Shown: positions 52,750 through 62,054, counted from the stretch's first letter. The stretch is 64,000 nucleotides of DNA from an uncultured delta proteobacterium (GCA_963843145.1 CAWJJC010000021.1:64001-128000); one strand, 5' to 3'. Notes: generated by a model not told the origin, from the letters alone. Numbers and translations are program-made.

Positions 52750-53222
52750 TGGTTTTGAAATCATCGGAGTGTCCGCTTCGATACTCTTGGCGGCGGGTCT
52801 GATTCCCATAGGACTCCGCACCTTGGGCGGCCGATATCTTCCGAACTCTCGATGCCGAACCCCCCACGACCTCGTCGCAGCGAATATTCGCACGGCGCCG
52901 ATGGCCTAACCCCGGGCCTGGTCCGCGACCAACCCGCCGAAACGGAGGACCGGGACGACTCTTTTTAATTTGGCAATCATTGGTGAACTCCTTGAATTAC
53001 CTGAGGTTAGGGGGTGAGGTTATGGTGATAGGAGTTTGGGGTGAGGTAAGATCTTTCTCTTACTAGTACAAGTATGGGGCCAACGGCCCGGGGGTGTCAA
53101 GAGGAATGATTTTTGGTTGTTTGCCCTTTGGGGGGGGGAGCCACCCCAAAGGGCAAAGCGTCTATTTTTTGTCCCCAGGGCCATCTTCAAGCCGATAAGA
53201 ATCCGGGATCGAGCGGAAACCT

Positions 53223-53829
53223 TTAGACAAAACCAATCACCAGGAGAACGACGGAGGCCAAGCTGAGCGAGGCGCGAACCCAATTGGCGATTTGCAGTTT
53301 TCGGCGCTCCTCTTGTAGCGCAGCCACAGCGCTGCTCTCCAGGGCCTCGACTCTGGCATAGATCGGGAGAGTGGTGGACTTGGAGACGATCGAGGTAATC
53401 ACCCAGAGGACCAGCCCCGCCGTGAACCAGCGATTGCTGAAACCATAGAAGATGAAATAGGGCACCATGCCGACAAAGGTAATGCTGGATACTCCGATGG
53501 CATAAGGCGACCTCAAGGCGCGTGTTTTTAACGGGATTGGCGGACTTCCAAAAGTCTGTCAACAGCCCGAATGCGATTAAGCACCGGGCTGGGGTGAGGG
53601 TGGGACCATTTGAATTCACTTCAAATGGCGGGGGAGGGGAAGCCCTCTCCCGCCTCGCAAAAAGGCGTTTTTGGACTTTCTGCGAGGTCATCAGGATTAA
53701 GAAACGTTTGAAGGCGGCCTCGTCCAAATCATTCATCACCCCCTGGATCACCCCGGCGACAAATATCACAAACCCGGCACAGAGGGCGGTAGGGACGAGA
53801 AGCAGGATTTCAACCAAAGTTTGAGTCAT
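53223..53829 (-). pseudogene. 4-TM membrane protein (DUF1772-like) disrupted by a MITE
   Basis: excising 53539-53692 plus one TSD gives a continuous 148-aa frame ...AAFKRFLILLKTRALRSPYAIG... Confidence 0.85.
53539..53692. mobile_element. MITE family A, copy 2
   Basis: TIRs GGCGGACTTCCAAAAGTC / GACTTTCTGCGAGGTCATC; TSD GGGATT/AGGATT. Confidence 0.88.
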
Positions 53830-54428
53830 TTCAGAACCTCCGCTGGTTTGAGCGCCTCCTGAAGTGCGGAGCCAATGTCTTGCTCCAAGGTGGAGACCCC
53901 CTTGATAACCCAGGGGCCTCCGTTCTGCCAGTGGGCGGTAAAGTCGGCGGTGATTTGCCCGGTGGCGGGAGAGACGGCGCGAATCTCCAGGACCACATCG
54001 GTTCCACCCTCCACCAGGGCGAGGGAGGAGAAGAGCTTTACGATCGGGCCGAGTTCGCGGACGGTGATAAAAAGAACCTGACCGGGGTCGCTCCCATAGG
54101 TGGCGATGAGCCCCGGGACCTCCGCCGGCGGAAGTTCAACGGATTCCCGATCGCCGACCTGGCGGATGACCCTGACCTTGGCAAAGCACCCGGACATGGC
54201 GAAGAACTGCTCAATCCCGCGCTGGGCAAAGGCCTCGCGGCGCGGGACCTCCTTCTGACCGGGGCGCCACTTTGACCCCCAAAAGACCAGTGCCGAGGCC
54301 TGTTCGCCGGGCAGTTGGCACAGGGGCTGCTGGGAAACCTGGCCAGTCACTTGAAAATGAGTGCTGGCGCAGCCGGAAAGCACTAGCATGGCGAGTGAAC
54401 TTAATGATACGGAAAAGACGATTCGCAT
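53826..54428 (-). CDS. hypothetical lipoprotein
   Basis: lipobox LSGC; stop overlaps next start (ATGA). Confidence 0.75.
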   Translation of the reverse strand: MRIVFSVSLSSLAMLVLSGCASTHFQVTGQVSQQPLCQLPGEQASALVFWGSKWRPGQKEVPRREAFAQRGIEQFFAMSGCFAKVRVIRQVGDRESVELPPAEVPGLIATYGSDPGQVLFITVRELGPIVKLFSSLALVEGGTDVVLEIRAVSPATGQITADFTAHWQNGGPWVIKGVSTLEQDIGSALQEALKPAEVLK

Positions 54429-54590
54429 GAAGGGGACATCAAAAAGATGGCATCACGGAGTTGAGCCGGAGCGTATTCGATCGGCTCAAACGACTTATTA
54501 TGTGCTTTTCTCAATACGGATACCGGACTTACTATTCAGCGGGTGCTCTTTTTGCGACTCGCTGTAAGAGATTGGTTCGGTACTCGTCTT

Positions 54591-55652
54591 TCAATCCTTC
54601 ATCTGCTCCTTGGCCGATTTGATGAAGCGTCCGAAGGCTCTGTCCTTCTTCCGTTTGTCCAGGTATGACATCTCGTGGTACTCAGACTCCTTCTTGAGCT
54701 TCATAAAGCTGGAATAGCGATCTTCACTCAACTCACCGCTGGTCACTGCAGCCAGCACAGCGCAGTCCGGTTCCTGGGTATGGCCACAATTGGCATAGCG
54801 ACAATTCACGGAAAGCTCGACAACGTCTTCAAAGCCTTGGTTGATCCCATCACTCGCACCGAGAAGGCCGAGTTCCCGCATTCCGGGGGTATCGATCAAC
54901 ATGGAGCCTTGATTAAGAACGATGAGCTGTCGACGCGTAGTGGTATGTATGCCTTCTCCCGTTCCGCTGACGGCTTTGGTGTCAAAAGCGTCCTGCCCGA
55001 TCAGGCGATTGATGAGCGTTGTCTTGCCGACCCCGGATGACCCGAGCAGGCAATACGTTCGTCCCGGGACCAACACCTGCTGGAATTCGTCAAATCCGAG
55101 GCCGGTAATGTTGCTGAGAGCCAGGATTCTGGCTGGGATGCCGGTTCGTCTAATGGCCGCAAGCTTCTGTTCCAGGTCATCCTTGGTGATCAAGTCCGTC
55201 TTGGTAAGAATAACCATCGGCTCAACACCGCCATCGGCTGCCATTACCAAGTACCGATCCATCCTCCGCACATTGAAGTCAAAATGGCACGATTGAACAA
55301 TAAAAGCGATATCTATGTTGGCGGCAATCATCTGGAAATCCACTGTTTCACCGGCGGACTTGCGGCGCAGGAACGTCTTTCTCGGAAACAATCCATGGAT
55401 AATTGCTGCCGTATCATCACTGTGATAGCGTACGGTCACCCAATCGCCGACACAGGGCAGGTCAACCGGGGATTCAACCTGGAAATAGAACTTCCCGGCG
55501 AGTTCAGCGGGGATTTCCCCGAGTTCATTTCTGATGAGGTGTGAGCCCCGATCAACTGCCGATATGCGCGCAATGAAGTGACCCTCTTGCCGTAAGTCGC
55601 TGACCTGCGCTTGAAACCATTGGTCGTAACCTAGATCACGCAATTCCATCAT
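54591..55652 (-). CDS. rsgA: ribosome small subunit-dependent GTPase A
   Basis: VGDWV, TKTD, GSSGVGKT, HTTT, DTPG, CRYANCGH..EPDC. Confidence 0.93.
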   Translation of the reverse strand: MMELRDLGYDQWFQAQVSDLRQEGHFIARISAVDRGSHLIRNELGEIPAELAGKFYFQVESPVDLPCVGDWVTVRYHSDDTAAIIHGLFPRKTFLRRKSAGETVDFQMIAANIDIAFIVQSCHFDFNVRRMDRYLVMAADGGVEPMVILTKTDLITKDDLEQKLAAIRRTGIPARILALSNITGLGFDEFQQVLVPGRTYCLLGSSGVGKTTLINRLIGQDAFDTKAVSGTGEGIHTTTRRQLIVLNQGSMLIDTPGMRELGLLGASDGINQGFEDVVELSVNCRYANCGHTQEPDCAVLAAVTSGELSEDRYSSFMKLKKESEYHEMSYLDKRKKDRAFGRFIKSAKEQMKD

Positions 55653-55757
55653 ATCTTTTTACTACTTTCCGGTTAAATCTTACAGGTTTTTTGTACCTTG
55701 CTGATAAATTAAGATATACAGCTTAAGTCGACAGCCTATCCTGAAACGACGTCTTGA

Positions 55758-57734
55758 TCAACCGTCAGGTCTATTTGCCGCTATTGAATCCCGATACTCC
55801 TGAACGGTCAGCAACCGCCATTTATCCGGTCCCTGCAATTCCAACACCCGGTCATGAAACTCCACGATGCTGGTGCGATGGCCGACACTGATATAGTTAA
55901 TCCCCAGTTGCTGCAACCGGTGGTAAAGATTGGCCTCGTCAGCGACACCCAGGGCGCTGGTGGCCTCATCCAGGACGGCGTACCCGGGCTGATTGATCAG
56001 CAGGCGGGCGAAGGCCAGCCGCTGTTGTTCCCCCAGGGAAAGAACGTCGGCCCAGTCCAGTACGACCTCGAATCCGCCGACGCGCTCAGGCAGGGCTTCC
56101 AGACGTACCATTTCGAGAATCTGCCTCAGCCCGGTTTCCGTGATCTCGTTTTTGATTTGGGGATAGATCAGTTGTTCCCGTAAGGATCCGAGGAGCATGT
56201 AGGGACGTTGGGGCAGAAAGAAGATTTCCGCCAGCGGCGGCCGCTTGACGATCCCCCGGCCCTGGTTCCACAACCCGGCGATAGCTCTGAGCAGCGAGCT
56301 TTTACCTACGCCGCTTTGGCCGACGACCAGCAGATTTATTCTGGTTTTTGGGTCCAGGGTCAGGTTCTGAATCAAAGTTCGCTGCCGGTTGGGCGTCATC
56401 AGGGTCACCTGGCTCAGGGCAAAGTGGTCCGCCGACTCGGAGGTGATGCCAACGGATGGCGCCCGGTCCGGGGCGATAGCCTCGGCAAAGACCGAAAGAC
56501 GCTGCACCCCGGCGGCAAAATTGGTGATGGGTTCAATTTGGGCGACGATGAGTGACAGGGCCGCATAGACTTGGGTGAAGGCAAAATTGGCCTGGACCAT
56601 GTCGCCGTATTCGATCTTACCGCCGAAATACAGAGGGAACAGGACCAGGAAGGGCAAGACCACCGGCAGATAGCTGTAAGCCGTGGTGAAGAAGGAGAGG
56701 TTTCGCTGCCAGCCGATGAGCAGACTGAAATTTTTGAGGACATTTCGGAAGCGACCGGTGATCTGGTCGATTTCCGGTTTCTCGCCCTGATAGAAAGCGA
56801 TGGATTCCGTGTTGTCGCGCACATGGATCAGGGAGTAGCGGAAATCGGCCTCGTAGCGCAATTGATTGAAGTTTAGGGGCACCAGGCGCCGCCCGATAAG
56901 GGCCGTGAGTCCCGTACCCACGGCCGAGTATCCCAGTACGACAATTACCAGCAGTCCGGATTTGGACCAAAGAATGCCTGAAAAGGAGAGCAGGTCCATC
57001 AGGGAGCCGAGCAGGATCAGTAAAAACGAGAGCGAGGTCCGGGTAAAGGAGCGAATGTCTTCCATGATCCGTTGATCGGGGTTGTCAATCAGTCCTTGGG
57101 CTTCGATCTCGTAGTAGTTGCGGTCCTTGAAATAGTTGGCCAGAAAGTCGCCGGTCAGCCACTCCCGCCAGCGCAGGCCCAAATAATTCTGGACGTAACT
57201 GTACAGGGCGACGATGGGAATGCCCAGGAGAAAGCCGCCGAAATAGGTGAACACATACAGATAGGCCAACTCCTGATTTTTTTTCACCAGGGCGTTGGTA
57301 AAGTAATTGCCGATGTAGCTGAAAGCCACGTTGATGCCCGTCACGGACAGGGACAGCAGCAGCACGATGGCCAGCAGGGTCCAGGCCTGCCGCCGGGGGC
57401 GCAGGGGGCCGCCGAACATACCGAAGACGAGGGCCGGAATCACCAGGGCGACAGCGGCCAGCAGCCACGCCTTGGAGCTGAAAATGCCTGTCACCACGGG
57501 CACCAGACCCGCTGCGATTCTGGCGGTCAAGTCCGGTGCGAAATGGTTAACCGTCAGGATAATCCCGGCTACGATCATGAAAAGCAGGCCGAACAGAAAG
57601 ACCAGCAGCATGATCATCAATAACAGGGTTATCCAGGACCCGCCGCGGATACGGGGGAAAAAATAAGGCTGGGCAATGGTAACAAAGCTTGTCCAAAGCG
57701 TGCGTTTGTTTGGAAGGGTGTTATCGGGGATCAT
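55758..57734 (-). CDS. ABC transporter permease/ATPase fusion (YddA/BacA-like)
   Basis: IDNPDQRI, EADFRYSL, ESIAFY, GQSGVGKSS, LSLGEQQR, LDEATSA. Confidence 0.93.
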   Translation of the reverse strand: MIPDNTLPNKRTLWTSFVTIAQPYFFPRIRGGSWITLLLMIMLLVFLFGLLFMIVAGIILTVNHFAPDLTARIAAGLVPVVTGIFSSKAWLLAAVALVIPALVFGMFGGPLRPRRQAWTLLAIVLLLSLSVTGINVAFSYIGNYFTNALVKKNQELAYLYVFTYFGGFLLGIPIVALYSYVQNYLGLRWREWLTGDFLANYFKDRNYYEIEAQGLIDNPDQRIMEDIRSFTRTSLSFLLILLGSLMDLLSFSGILWSKSGLLVIVVLGYSAVGTGLTALIGRRLVPLNFNQLRYEADFRYSLIHVRDNTESIAFYQGEKPEIDQITGRFRNVLKNFSLLIGWQRNLSFFTTAYSYLPVVLPFLVLFPLYFGGKIEYGDMVQANFAFTQVYAALSLIVAQIEPITNFAAGVQRLSVFAEAIAPDRAPSVGITSESADHFALSQVTLMTPNRQRTLIQNLTLDPKTRINLLVVGQSGVGKSSLLRAIAGLWNQGRGIVKRPPLAEIFFLPQRPYMLLGSLREQLIYPQIKNEITETGLRQILEMVRLEALPERVGGFEVVLDWADVLSLGEQQRLAFARLLINQPGYAVLDEATSALGVADEANLYHRLQQLGINYISVGHRTSIVEFHDRVLELQGPDKWRLLTVQEYRDSIAANRPDG

Positions 57735-57954
57735 GGTTGTAGATTCGGAAGGCCTTAATGATTATTAACAGGCTCAAAATAATATTGACTCAATTTATCG
57801 ATGTAGCCAAGTTTCGACTAAAGACAATCTCTCACAGAGCACACGGAGATCGCAGAGATAAAATTATTAATTGCCGCTAACCCCGCCGGAGGCGTGAGAG
57901 GTTTTTAAAAATCGCCCTCTCAGCGATTTTTTAAAAGAAATATTCTCTTTTCCC

Positions 57955-57984
57955 TTGACCCTTAAATTTTTTGTATTTTATAAT
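57955..57984 (+). promoter_or_regulatory. sigma70 promoter of DUF488 copy 1
   Basis: TTGACC-18nt-TATAAT, followed by RBS AAGGAGG. Confidence 0.6.
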
Positions 57985-58022
57985 CTCTCTACTCAAAAGC
58001 AAAGATCTTAAAGGAGGCAACC

Positions 58023-58412
58023 TTGGCCATTCGTATTATCAGACTGGGTTCACCCCGGGAAAAAGGAGAAGGCCTTCGCCTGGGTACGGTTCGCCGGCCT
58101 CCTCGCGGGGTTCCAAAATCGGAATACGCCCGGAGAGACTTTTATGATGTCTGGCTTCCGAACCTCTCCCCCAGCGAGGACCTGCTCAAAGAAGCAAAAA
58201 AGGCCGAAGATGACCGGTCTTGGGCTGCTTTTAAGCGCAAGTTCCGGAAGGAAGCGAAAAAAACGGAGGCAAGCCGTGTCCTGGATTTGTTGGCCGCCCT
58301 TTCGCACCAGACCAATATGTCCCTTGGCTGCTACTGTGAAAATGAAAACCGCTGCCATCGCTCGGTCCTCAGAGAACTGCTGGAGGAGCGGGGCGCAAAG
58401 CTAAGTGGGTAA
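58023..58412 (+). CDS. DUF488-family protein, copy 1
   Basis: GTVRRPPRGV.K, W.PNLSPS..L, CYCENENRCHRSVL; TTG start with strong RBS. Confidence 0.88.
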   Translation: MAIRIIRLGSPREKGEGLRLGTVRRPPRGVPKSEYARRDFYDVWLPNLSPSEDLLKEAKKAEDDRSWAAFKRKFRKEAKKTEASRVLDLLAALSHQTNMSLGCYCENENRCHRSVLRELLEERGAKLSG

Positions 58413-58542
58413 ACATCCATTACCCGGCTGCGGTTCGGTAGCCTCTGGGGACCGCCTAGTGCGCATGTCCTGAGCTTGTCGAAGGAGACCCGCATGCTAG
58501 GTGGTGTGGGGAGGGGGGGTGAAAAACTCCCCCTTGCCCGAT
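58406..58542 (+). mobile_element. 5'-truncated group IIC (attC-type) intron tail, copy 1
   Basis: IEP-like C-terminus WVNIHYPAAVR*; DV ACCGCCTAGTGCG..GACCCGCATGCTAGGTGGT with CGC triad; DVI ending CCCGAT, followed by TAGG. Confidence 0.85.
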
Positions 58543-59945
58543 TAGGTGTTTTTGAGCATCTTTTGAGCTAATATACCAAATGCCTCCGTCATTGTAGGAT
58601 GTGGATGTATTGTCTGCGCGACATCTTTAAGAGTTAATTTGTTCGCCACAATCAATGCAGCCTCTCCCACCAACGCTGCTGCGTTGCCATTACAAATATT
58701 GACACCTATTATTTCTAAATTCTCTTTATTAACCACATATTGCAGATACCCCAAAGGTGTATCAGCAACTTGAGCGGCTGCATCAATCTTGTAGTCATAA
58801 ACACCTATCATAACATCATAGCCTTCTTGAATGGCCTTAGCTTCTGTAAACCCCGCAGTAGCGATCTCCGGTTCAGAAAACAATACCCACGAGTTCTTGG
58901 AAAAATCCACTTTCTGTTTATTTTCCGTCATAATATTTACAGCAACAAGATGTGCTCCATATGTGGCAACATGAGCAAATTTTGGCCCATCAATTACATC
59001 ACCAGTGGCATAAATACCCTTTGTAGAAGTCTCAAGAAATTCATTAACAATGATACCTTTGCGATTGAATTCTACATTGGCCTTATCCAAATCAAGGGAT
59101 TCAACATTGGGCACTTTACCAGTAACAACAAGTACTTTCGCAAAATTGTCTTTGCGTTCAGTACCATTTGCTTCGGTAAATATTACATTATAATGTCCAT
59201 CTGATTTATTTATTTCCTGGACTCTTGATGATGTGTAAATTTCAACACCGGAGCTTGCGAGCGCATTACCAATTATTGAGATATATTCTGCCTCAACAAT
59301 GCCTGATAAAATACTATCCATTATTTCAACTATTGTACACTTTATACCCAATTTTGCTAGCATTTGAGCTAACTCGACACCGATTGGTCCACCACCAACA
59401 ATGAGTAATGTTTCCGGAAGCTTATCTTGAGAAAAAAGAACTTCGGTGGTAAGAACATCTTGAACAGAATTTCCTTTGAATGGTGGTATAAAGGAGTGAG
59501 CACCAGTGGCAATAATAGCTTTGGTAAAAGCATAGTTCTCTTTTCGTCCAGTATCCTTTTCTTCAATTATTAATTCATTGCTGGAAACAAATTTTGCATG
59601 CCCGGCAACAAACTCAAGAGTTGGCAAATTATTTACCATCTGCATAGCTCCAGCAGATCGTTTTTCAAGAATAAAATTCATTTTATTCTTAATCTGATTC
59701 CATGCTTTTTCTCTATCCTCAGATGACCAGGTTCCCTCTGCCAAATATTTACGTTCCGTTGAAAATTCATCAGACCAATGCCTGATAATTTTTGACGGGA
59801 TGCAACCAACAAATAGACATGCACCTCCAAGTTTTCCTGATTCTTCCACTAACAAAACAGATTTGCCTTGAGAAGCTAACTGCATAGCGGCTGGTGTCCC
59901 GCCAGGTCCTCCTCCAATTACGATAACATCAAATTTAGTATTCAT
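58542..59945 (-). CDS. class I pyridine nucleotide-disulfide oxidoreductase (dihydrolipoyl dehydrogenase family), AT-rich, cassette-like
   Basis: GGGPGG, GGACLFVGCIPSK, GGGPIG.E, ATGD, HPHPTMTEA. Confidence 0.93.
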   Translation of the reverse strand: MNTKFDVIVIGGGPGGTPAAMQLASQGKSVLLVEESGKLGGACLFVGCIPSKIIRHWSDEFSTERKYLAEGTWSSEDREKAWNQIKNKMNFILEKRSAGAMQMVNNLPTLEFVAGHAKFVSSNELIIEEKDTGRKENYAFTKAIIATGAHSFIPPFKGNSVQDVLTTEVLFSQDKLPETLLIVGGGPIGVELAQMLAKLGIKCTIVEIMDSILSGIVEAEYISIIGNALASSGVEIYTSSRVQEINKSDGHYNVIFTEANGTERKDNFAKVLVVTGKVPNVESLDLDKANVEFNRKGIIVNEFLETSTKGIYATGDVIDGPKFAHVATYGAHLVAVNIMTENKQKVDFSKNSWVLFSEPEIATAGFTEAKAIQEGYDVMIGVYDYKIDAAAQVADTPLGYLQYVVNKENLEIIGVNICNGNAAALVGEAALIVANKLTLKDVAQTIHPHPTMTEAFGILAQKMLKNT

Positions 59946-60178
59946 AAAATACTCCTTTATAATTTAAAGTGATGTTTCCCACGAAAAGTGGATACAGCTA
60001 ACAAGTTATTCTAAAGTTTTCTGTATCCCTCTCTTCCAAAAGGTACTCTCTGGGAAGAGAGACCCCTGTCCTTTGTCTATTTTGGTTGACTTATGGTTTG
60101 GCCAACACATTCGATATGTTTGTAACCTAGTTTTAAAAGAAAAATATTCTCTTGACAAATAATTTGTTATCTACAACC

Positions 60179-60568
60179 TTGGCCATTAGTATTATCAGAC
60201 TGGGTTCACCCCGGGAAAAAGGAGAAGGCCTTCGCCTGGGTACGGTTCGCCGGCCTCCTCGCGGGGTTCCAAAATCGGAATACGCCGGGATAGACTCTTA
60301 TGATGTCTGGCTTCCGAACCTCTCCCCCAGCGAGGACCTGCTCAAGGAAGCAAAAAAGGCCCAGGATGACCGGTCTTGGGCTGCTTTTAAGCGCAAGTTC
60401 CGGAAGGAAGCGAAAAAACCGGAGGCAAGCCGGGTCCTGGATTTGTTGGCCGCCCTTTCGCACCAGACCAATATGTCCCTTGGCTGCTACTGTGAAAATG
60501 AAAACCGCTGCCATCGCTCGGTCCTCAGAGAACTGCTGGAGGAGCGGGGCGCAAAGCTAAGTGGGTAA
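60179..60568 (+). CDS. DUF488-family protein, copy 2 (RBS absent)
   Basis: near-identical to 58023-58412; the upstream segment containing AAGGAGG is missing. Confidence 0.75.
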   Translation: MAISIIRLGSPREKGEGLRLGTVRRPPRGVPKSEYAGIDSYDVWLPNLSPSEDLLKEAKKAQDDRSWAAFKRKFRKEAKKPEASRVLDLLAALSHQTNMSLGCYCENENRCHRSVLRELLEERGAKLSG

Positions 60569-60697
60569 ACATCCATTACCCGGCTGTGGCTCGGTAGCCT
60601 CTGGGAACCGCCTAGTGCGCATGTCCTGAGCTTGTCGAAGGGGACCCGCATGCTAGGTGGTGTGGGGAGGGGGGGTGAAAACGCCCCCTTACCCGAT
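60562..60697 (+). mobile_element. 5'-truncated group IIC (attC-type) intron tail, copy 2
   Basis: WVNIHYPAVAR*; GAACCGCC DV; DVI CCTTACCCGAT, followed by TAGG. Confidence 0.85.
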
Positions 60698-60730
60698 TAG
60701 GCCCGACCGTGTCAGATGTCGGGCCTGAGC

Positions 60731-61075
60731 TTACTCTTGCCTCACTATATCGACCGAGATCTCCACCGCCGGAATCGTTCCTCTGTTCTCAAGCCAGTGT
60801 GTGGTGTTCCTATCCTCAGGCCAGCCTACTCCCGGGCCATAGTCCGTAGCGACTCCATTTCGATGGTCAGTGATCGTTCCTTGCAGTATGTAGACGGTGC
60901 CTGGTCTGTCTTTATGGTCGTGAATCGGGCCGAAGACGCCTCCAGGCTCGATGGTCACCATACGCATTCGAAGTTGGCGCCCTGCCAGGCCCTCGATCTC
61001 AGGGCCAAGGTCAACCGTTGCAAGTAACTTCACCGTAACACCTTTCGTCTCAGGTGCTACCTGTTCGTTGCTCAT
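60731..61075 (-). CDS. cupin-domain protein
   Basis: HDH...G..YILQG...H; HW.EN; RBS GAGGAG. Confidence 0.85.
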   Translation of the reverse strand: MSNEQVAPETKGVTVKLLATVDLGPEIEGLAGRQLRMRMVTIEPGGVFGPIHDHKDRPGTVYILQGTITDHRNGVATDYGPGVGWPEDRNTTHWLENRGTIPAVEISVDIVRQE

Positions 61076-61097
61076 CGTGCTCTCCTCTCTATGATTT

Positions 61098-61976
61098 CTA
61101 ATTTGCTTCATCTGGATAATGTTTTTCTAAGCACTTATCACAAATTCCGTGGCTGAATCGGGCTTCTGAATGATCAGAAATGTATTTTTCAAGTTGGCTC
61201 CAATCCCCTTTGTCGTCGCGAATTTCTTTACAATACATGCATATAGGTAGAATACCTTGTAATGTTTTAATCTCGTCAATTGCTTTTTGAAGGGCATCAT
61301 TTTTCTCCTGAAGCAATTTTTCCGAGTTTAAGACCAGCTTGGTAGCAATAAAGGCAATAATTAAAGATATCAAAACACCTGAAATCGATAAAATAAGAGC
61401 GATCTTTTCAAGATTTGATTGCTTTGTTGCAGCAAGTTCGATGAAGTTATCAGCCTTGTTTCTTGCATATGAGGTTAATTCCAGCATTTTAGCCTCAAGT
61501 TTTGCTGCATGTTCAGCCCCATTTGTTTTGGTTATAAGAATAGCTTCTTGTTTATTGCCTGAATTAAGAAGTCTGACCACGTTTTCTCGGATGGGTCTCC
61601 AATTTTCAAAAAGTTGTCTGCTTTGTTTCTCAAGTGTCTTTCCTTCCTCACCGAGAATATCCTTTTGGATGGTATCAAGCTGCTGGTACACATTTTGTTC
61701 GTTTTCAGCTACGGCATTTAACGTATGCTTTATCTCGTCAGGAGAATTCGCCAAGACAACATCTTCCATGCTGCGATGTATTTTTGTTATGTTAAGAGCC
61801 GCAAGAAGGGAGGCATTTGAGACTACAAGTGGATGTTCATAAATCTTTACTGTGAGATCACCTAATGTGCGTAACCCTATTATTAAAACGATTCCAAAAG
61901 AGACAAATAAAAAGATGATGAGCAAAAAGCTTAGGGGTAATCTTTGTTTTTTAATTATATTTAAAAGAGAGCTCAT
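61098..61976 (-). CDS. membrane protein with four-helix-bundle sensor and C-terminal PICxxCKxIR..SHGICDKC domain
   Basis: 2 TM; IYEHPLVVSNA periplasmic helix; Cys-rich tail; AT-rich. Confidence 0.85.
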   Translation of the reverse strand: MSSLLNIIKKQRLPLSFLLIIFLFVSFGIVLIIGLRTLGDLTVKIYEHPLVVSNASLLAALNITKIHRSMEDVVLANSPDEIKHTLNAVAENEQNVYQQLDTIQKDILGEEGKTLEKQSRQLFENWRPIRENVVRLLNSGNKQEAILITKTNGAEHAAKLEAKMLELTSYARNKADNFIELAATKQSNLEKIALILSISGVLISLIIAFIATKLVLNSEKLLQEKNDALQKAIDEIKTLQGILPICMYCKEIRDDKGDWSQLEKYISDHSEARFSHGICDKCLEKHYPDEAN

Positions 61977-61993
61977 TGGTAACTCCTTAAATA

Positions 61994-62054
61994 TTTTTAT
62001 GCTAGCTCAGCGACGCGCCGCTTTTGGCGCGTCCGCTGGAGCGCTGGGTTGACC
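61994..62054 (-). other. attC-like site with degenerate R'
   Basis: minus strand GGTCAAC-CCAGCG-CTCCAG-CGGACGCGCCAAAAGCGGCGCGTCG-CTGAG-CTAGC-ATAAAAA. Confidence 0.7.

Noticed and set aside
53020-53829. 269-aa ORF as a real protein
   Set aside because: It is a read-through of the MITE and an out-of-frame tail
278-57666. Numerous antisense or overlapping ORFs (e.g. 3786-4568, 15434-16279, 34938-35777, 40837-41829, 46730-47425)
   Set aside because: Shadows of well-supported genes in GC-rich DNA, with no motifs or RBS
58406-60697. Functional group II introns
   Set aside because: Domains I-IV and nearly all of the IEP are missing, and DV is interrupted
58018-60701. Diversity-generating retroelement (TR/VR pair)
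   Set aside because: The differences between copies are few and not confined to adenines, no RT gene is present, and the repeat spans a whole gene plus an intron tail
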